The notes under the pieces are model-generated. The model ran no database searches, was not told the origin of the DNA, and saw only the letters and a list, made by a program, of their open reading frames with translations. DNA of 64,000 bases from Guillardia theta CCMP2712. Lineage: Eukaryota > Protista > Cryptophyta. The stretch spans positions 41,013-105,012 of the forward strand of contig NW_005434505.1 in assembly GCF_000315625.1 (NCBI RefSeq). Reading direction: 5' to 3'. A program made the position numbers and the translations under genes. Numbering within the stretch: position 1 is the stretch's first letter; each line of letters starts with the position of its first letter. Below are positions 59,701-64,000 of the stretch, in pieces.

Positions 59701-62527
59701 CTTCTCCCCGCTGCTTGGAAGGCTCAAGTTTGCGGGAGGAAGCTTTCGGATATCACGCTGGCTGGCAAGAAGGAGGTGATAGCGTGGACCGGCGTAGTCA
59801 ATGTTCTCCACGGGAAAGTCGAGAGTCAATCCGCGGAGCTGATGGCCTCGCAGTGTATCCCATTCGAAGAGTTCAAAGGGAGGGTTGAAGGAGAGGAAGC
59901 GAGTCCCGTCATGGCTGGGCCTAATGACGCTCACGGGTCCCATATGCCCTTCAAGGGTGTCAACTGGGACGAGAACCGGCTCCTTGTCGAAGTTGTCGAC
60001 CGCGAGCACTTGCACTAGACCGTCACTGAAGCCAATCGCGAAGACCTGCAGCAAGATGTTTGAGTCATCACTGTCAAGAATGAACATTCACCTCTTGCTG
60101 TGCAGGTCGAAGGGTAAATAAAGAGTTCGAGGTGACCTGCGAAAGTTTAAAACTTGTTCAAAGCATGAAGCGAAATCTACCGGGACAGATCGGAGACGCA
60201 GACGGAAAAAGGCCCCAGCCTTCATCTCTTCTAAGTTCCAGAACGAAATGGAAGGAGCACTTTCGAAGCCCCCGGCAGAGGTTACAACAATCAATATCCG
60301 CAAGTGATCGACGCAGTGAAGTCCGATGATTGGGAGGCCTTCCGGTACCTTGATCGTCGCTTGCTCTTTAGACCTCGACTCTACCCATGAGTCCCATATC
60401 CTCAATATACCATTGTTGTAGCCAGATATGAGATGGAGAACATCTGAGGAGCCTGTTTCTTGCGATTCATCCTCAATGGAGGATTGGTGCCTCAGCGACT
60501 CGGTTCTCAGCCGCACTCTGGAAGTGAAGGTGAAGCAACTTAACTTTGTCCCATCGTCTGCTGCCATCGCTGCTGTTGAATCCACTGATCCGTTGAAAGG
60601 AGTGCCATATGTGCACGTGCAGCTGCCGTCCTCGGAGTCGAGGATGTCAATAGATCCATCCGCCCAGTATGCTGCCAAGTAACGAGTGCGATCAATGACC
60701 TGAATCCCCGCTGGAATCTCGAAGAAGTAGGGCTTTCGAGTTAGAACTCGGCGTTGAGTGCTCTTCTTTGCTTTCGACTTGTGATTTCCTTCTCGCTTCT
60801 CTCTTTCTTTCTGTACACGGGCTATGATTCGTTTCGCCATGAGCGATCGTTTCTCGGTTGCAGACATGCTCTTCTTGACTTGTTTCTTCTTTTTGAGCCT
60901 CTTCTTCTTCCTCGCCATGCCTTGTAAATGATCGCCGGCGCCCTCTCCTGTAACTAAGATGTCTCGAGCGACTGAGGGCTCGATCACATTCATCAAACTC
61001 CCGTCCCTCCCACTGCAAAGCGCAATCAGACAACATCCACACGAACGCATCTCAACAACCTAAAAACTTCGATGACTCCATTGCTAGAGAGGCATACAAC
61101 TTTTGCATTCCTCTGCTCACGCTGTTTGCTATTCAAGGACCATTGCGAGTCTTTACGTCCAGTCTGTTCGGAGGAGTGACTCCAAGCGTGCATCGCTTTG
61201 AGATCCATCAGAGTCCCGCTAGTGCTACTGAATTGCTCGCATTCCATTGTCATTGAAAAGACTCGCACAAGGAAATCTTGTTGAAGAAGAAGCAGAGAGC
61301 GGCCGCTTTCAACTTGAAACATTTGCAAGCTGGTAATCGACAAGTGTTGCTTAGCTTTGTTTCCGTCGCCTTCCATCTCGCCCTCTTCGTGTGTTGCCAT
61401 ATTGTTCTCATTTCCTTGCAACTGACAGCCAAAGTCAGAGATAATTAAGAGGTGAACGAGATCCATACAGAGGGCTCGCTTTGCTTGGCATAGAGCGGGT
61501 TGCAAGGAAATTGAGATATCTTAACAGCTTGCTCTGCGTTCCAACATGAAATAACGTTCAAATCTGTAGTGAAGACCATAACACAGCCAATGTCGGAGTC
61601 ATATGCAAGCTCTGTAACAGCAATGTCTGCTGTAGCGATGAACTCAACCTAGCAAGAACTTCAGACAAGTGCCTCATTCCTTACATCGTTACTCACCAAG
61701 AGTCGCATCCCATCGGATCGCAACACCCACACCTTGATATTGCCTTGCATATCACCAGACACTACTCTGTGTTCATATGCAAGCTTGTAGGTGCATAAGG
61801 ACGTGATTTTATGCGAGTGAGCAGCTTCATGGCGGCAGATCTCTTTGGAGCTTCCCAAGCTCCATAGGACCATCTTGTTATCCGCAGAGCCTATGACAAC
61901 TTCAAGCTCCTCATTCACCGTGATCTTCTCCATCCACAGGCCGGAGTTCCACGGTTTTAGTGCAGTGAAAATGATGTTTGGTATAGGTCTCATTGTTTTA
62001 GCGTCGCGTGATTTCTCTGCTGAGATCTTGAAAACTTTGAGAAGGTTATCAGTACCACATACGATGAGCTCTGACCGCGAATGGCAAAAAGCTTCGCACA
62101 GCAGGTGTCTATCATGTGATTGCAAGGTTCCACAGATGATCAGGTTCACGAAATCTGCTGCCCACACCAACCCTGATTTTGAGACTGCCAGATAACATCC
62201 TAAGGCCTGACATGCGAAAAGACTTCTGCATGCTCGAACAACGCCATCAGCAGATGGTGGGATCTTGGTCCTCTCAAGTTCTTCCTTTGAGCGTAAAGAC
62301 CAAAGTTGGATCTCGCCGCCAGAGTACTTCCCATTCTTGACATGTGTGTTGGTGACAGTGCAAAGCCGAGACCTTTTTACATCGATTGAGCACGCTTGAA
62401 TTCCTTGAATCTTCGGCATAACAACCAGGCAAGTGAAGAGCGGTCGAGATAATGAAGACTCATCTTCATCACTTGTCTCAATTTCGTCCTCTTCACTACC
62501 TTGTGTGCTGTCATCATCATCCTCCAT
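56750..62527 (-). CDS. Large WD40-repeat protein with long low-complexity C-terminal half
   Basis: AHSHKITSL...VVSGDMQGNIKVW, ISGYNNGILRIWD and LEGHMGPVSVI. Consecutive long minus-strand ORFs are separated by short introns. Confidence 0.8.
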
Positions 62528-62610
62528 GATCCGTAAAATAATTCGGGATTCAGGACATTGCGCCAAGTTTTTCAACCGCCTTTTGTAACCGACGAAATAA
62601 CGAAGGAATA

Positions 62611-62788
62611 GGGTTTTCGGGTTTTCGGGTCACGTTTTCGGGTTTTCGGGTTTTCGGGTTTTCGGGTTTTCGGGTTTTCGGGTTTTCAGGTTTTCGGGTT
62701 TAGGGTTTAGGGTTTAGGGTTTAGGGCTTAGGGTTTAGGGTTTAGGGTTTAGGGTTTAGGGTTTAGGGTTTAGGGTTTAGGGTTTAGG
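62611..62788 (+). repeat. Telomere-like array: (TTTTCGGG)n variant followed by (TTTAGGG)n
   Basis: About 10 variant 8-mers, then about 12 TTTAGGG units, with the G-rich strand pointing right. Confidence 0.95.
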
Positions 62789-63249
62789 AGGCCGCCCCTT
62801 CCCGAGGCAGGCCGCCCCTTCCCGAGGCAGGCCGCCCCTTCCCGAGGCAGGCCGCCCCTTCCCGAGGCAGGCCGCCCATTCCCGAGGCAGGCCGCCCGTT
62901 CCCGAGGCAGGCCGCCCGTTCCCGAGGCAGGCCGCCCCTTCCCGAGGCAGGCCGCCCCTTCCCGAGGCAGGCCGCCCCTTCCCGAGGCAGGCCGCCCCTT
63001 CCCGAGGCAGGCCGCCCCTTCCCGAGGCAGGCCGCCCCTTCCCGAGGCAGGCCGCCCCTTCCCGAGGCAGGCCGCCCATTCCCGAGGCAGGCCGCCCATT
63101 CCCGAGGCAGGCCGCCCCTTCCCGAGGCAGGCCGCCCCTTCCCGAGGCAGGCCGCCCCTTCCCGAGGCAGGCCGCCCATTCCCGAGGCAGGCCGCCCATT
63201 CCCGAGGCAGGCCGCCCCTTCCCGAGGCAGGCCGCCCCTTCCCGAGGCA
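62787..63249. repeat. 20-bp GC-rich satellite GAGGCAGGCCGCCCCTTCCC, about 23 copies
   Basis: Direct reading; C/A/G variants at one position. Confidence 0.97.
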
Positions 63250-63336
63250 TGCACATCCGCGGCGCGTAGGGAGAGCGCAAGGGGACCGGAGGAAGCTGCG
63301 AGCAAGTTCTTGGTATAGTTCAAACAGCTTCTAAGC

Positions 63337-63996
63337 ATGGTACTACAGTATGATGAGAGCGTTCGCAACCTGCTGTATCGGAGATCATGCCAATACACGC
63401 AGGGCGAGCGCTCTGGAGGCCACGTCGAGGAAGTCGCCGACCTCGTCGAGAGGGTGAAGAGCTTCGCGAAGCGGTATCCTGGTAGTAGGACAGCTCAGGC
63501 TTGCAGAGCTGAGGAGGGATGCACTCCCGACGCTATCGCTGAAGCCATCCGCTCGACATGTCGGCAGGCGAGACGCGACTCAATTGAAGACTCTCTGAGT
63601 GAATGGAGCTCAGAGTATAGAGCATGGTTTATTCAACAGATGGAGGAGGCCAAGAAACAGAATGTTGAGACATACATCGGCACCGAAGGCACCGAGGGGA
63701 CCTCCTTTATCTCCATGACTCTCCTAGCGATTTCTTTGAGGTATGTTCGACAAGAAGACAACAAGAAATCGAAGATTATGCAGGTAGGTCTCATGGTAGA
63801 GTCAGTCGACGGAGTCGACAAGGCCATCATTTGGAAAGCACCTTACAGTCCTGAGACTCGCGGCAGTCCCTGCCTACATGTCAGTCTCTGTATCTCTCCT
63901 TCGGACCGAAGCAGCCATGGAGCTATGGGAAGGCAGGAGAGTCTTCTTCATAGACGGCAGATCTTTCAGAGTCCGCCATCCGGTTTTAGGCTTTAG
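63337..63996 (+). CDS. Hypothetical ORF or gene fragment running into telomere-like repeats
   Basis: 219-aa ORF whose last codons are GGTTTTAGGCTTTAG. Confidence 0.4.
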   Translation: MVLQYDESVRNLLYRRSCQYTQGERSGGHVEEVADLVERVKSFAKRYPGSRTAQACRAEEGCTPDAIAEAIRSTCRQARRDSIEDSLSEWSSEYRAWFIQQMEEAKKQNVETYIGTEGTEGTSFISMTLLAISLRYVRQEDNKKSKIMQVGLMVESVDGVDKAIIWKAPYSPETRGSPCLHVSLCISPSDRSSHGAMGRQESLLHRRQIFQSPPSGFRL

Positions 63997-64000
63997 GGTT

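Noticed and set aside
62770-63398. Minus-strand repeat ORFs (GRGGLPREGAACL...)
   Set aside because: They are translations of the 20-bp satellite.
1-64000. tRNA, rRNA or snRNA genes
   Set aside because: None recognised by eye; a covariance-model scan would be needed to exclude them.

Overview
Eukaryotic nuclear DNA, gene-dense, with many short (about 40-60 nt) GT-AG introns and TTTAGGG repeats. The style suggests a cryptophyte alga such as Guillardia or Hanusia; this is inference, not a database hit. Left to right: an intron-containing Crypton-type tyrosine-recombinase gene with an N-terminal PHD-like finger that runs off the left edge; three near-identical RWP-RK cassettes in alternating orientation; a TGS1 gene carrying a GYF-like exon; a START-domain gene; a MITE (a second lies at 43.7 kb); a 2.6-kb TIR element carrying a non-transposase ORF; a 917-bp inverted duplication; a ZU5-domain gene; a centrin-like gene; a large secreted LamG/IPT protein; DRC9/IQCG; a Cys-rich multi-pass membrane protein; a chromodomain fragment; a UBC-like/TIR-like/TIR-like/SH3/PB1-like multidomain gene; a divergent actin; EMC4; a long WD40 gene; and a subtelomere-like end (variant and canonical telomere repeats, a 20-bp satellite, an ORF, then telomere-like repeats again). 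The main unexplained signal is a ~50-nt sequence, TTTACTCAAAGTTAAGTTAAARATCAGTACGAGGACAATCAGGAGAGTC. It recurs in variably truncated or recombined form at six intergenic sites, within or beside GC-rich mosaic patches. All domain calls are by eye, and exon boundaries are approximate unless stated.
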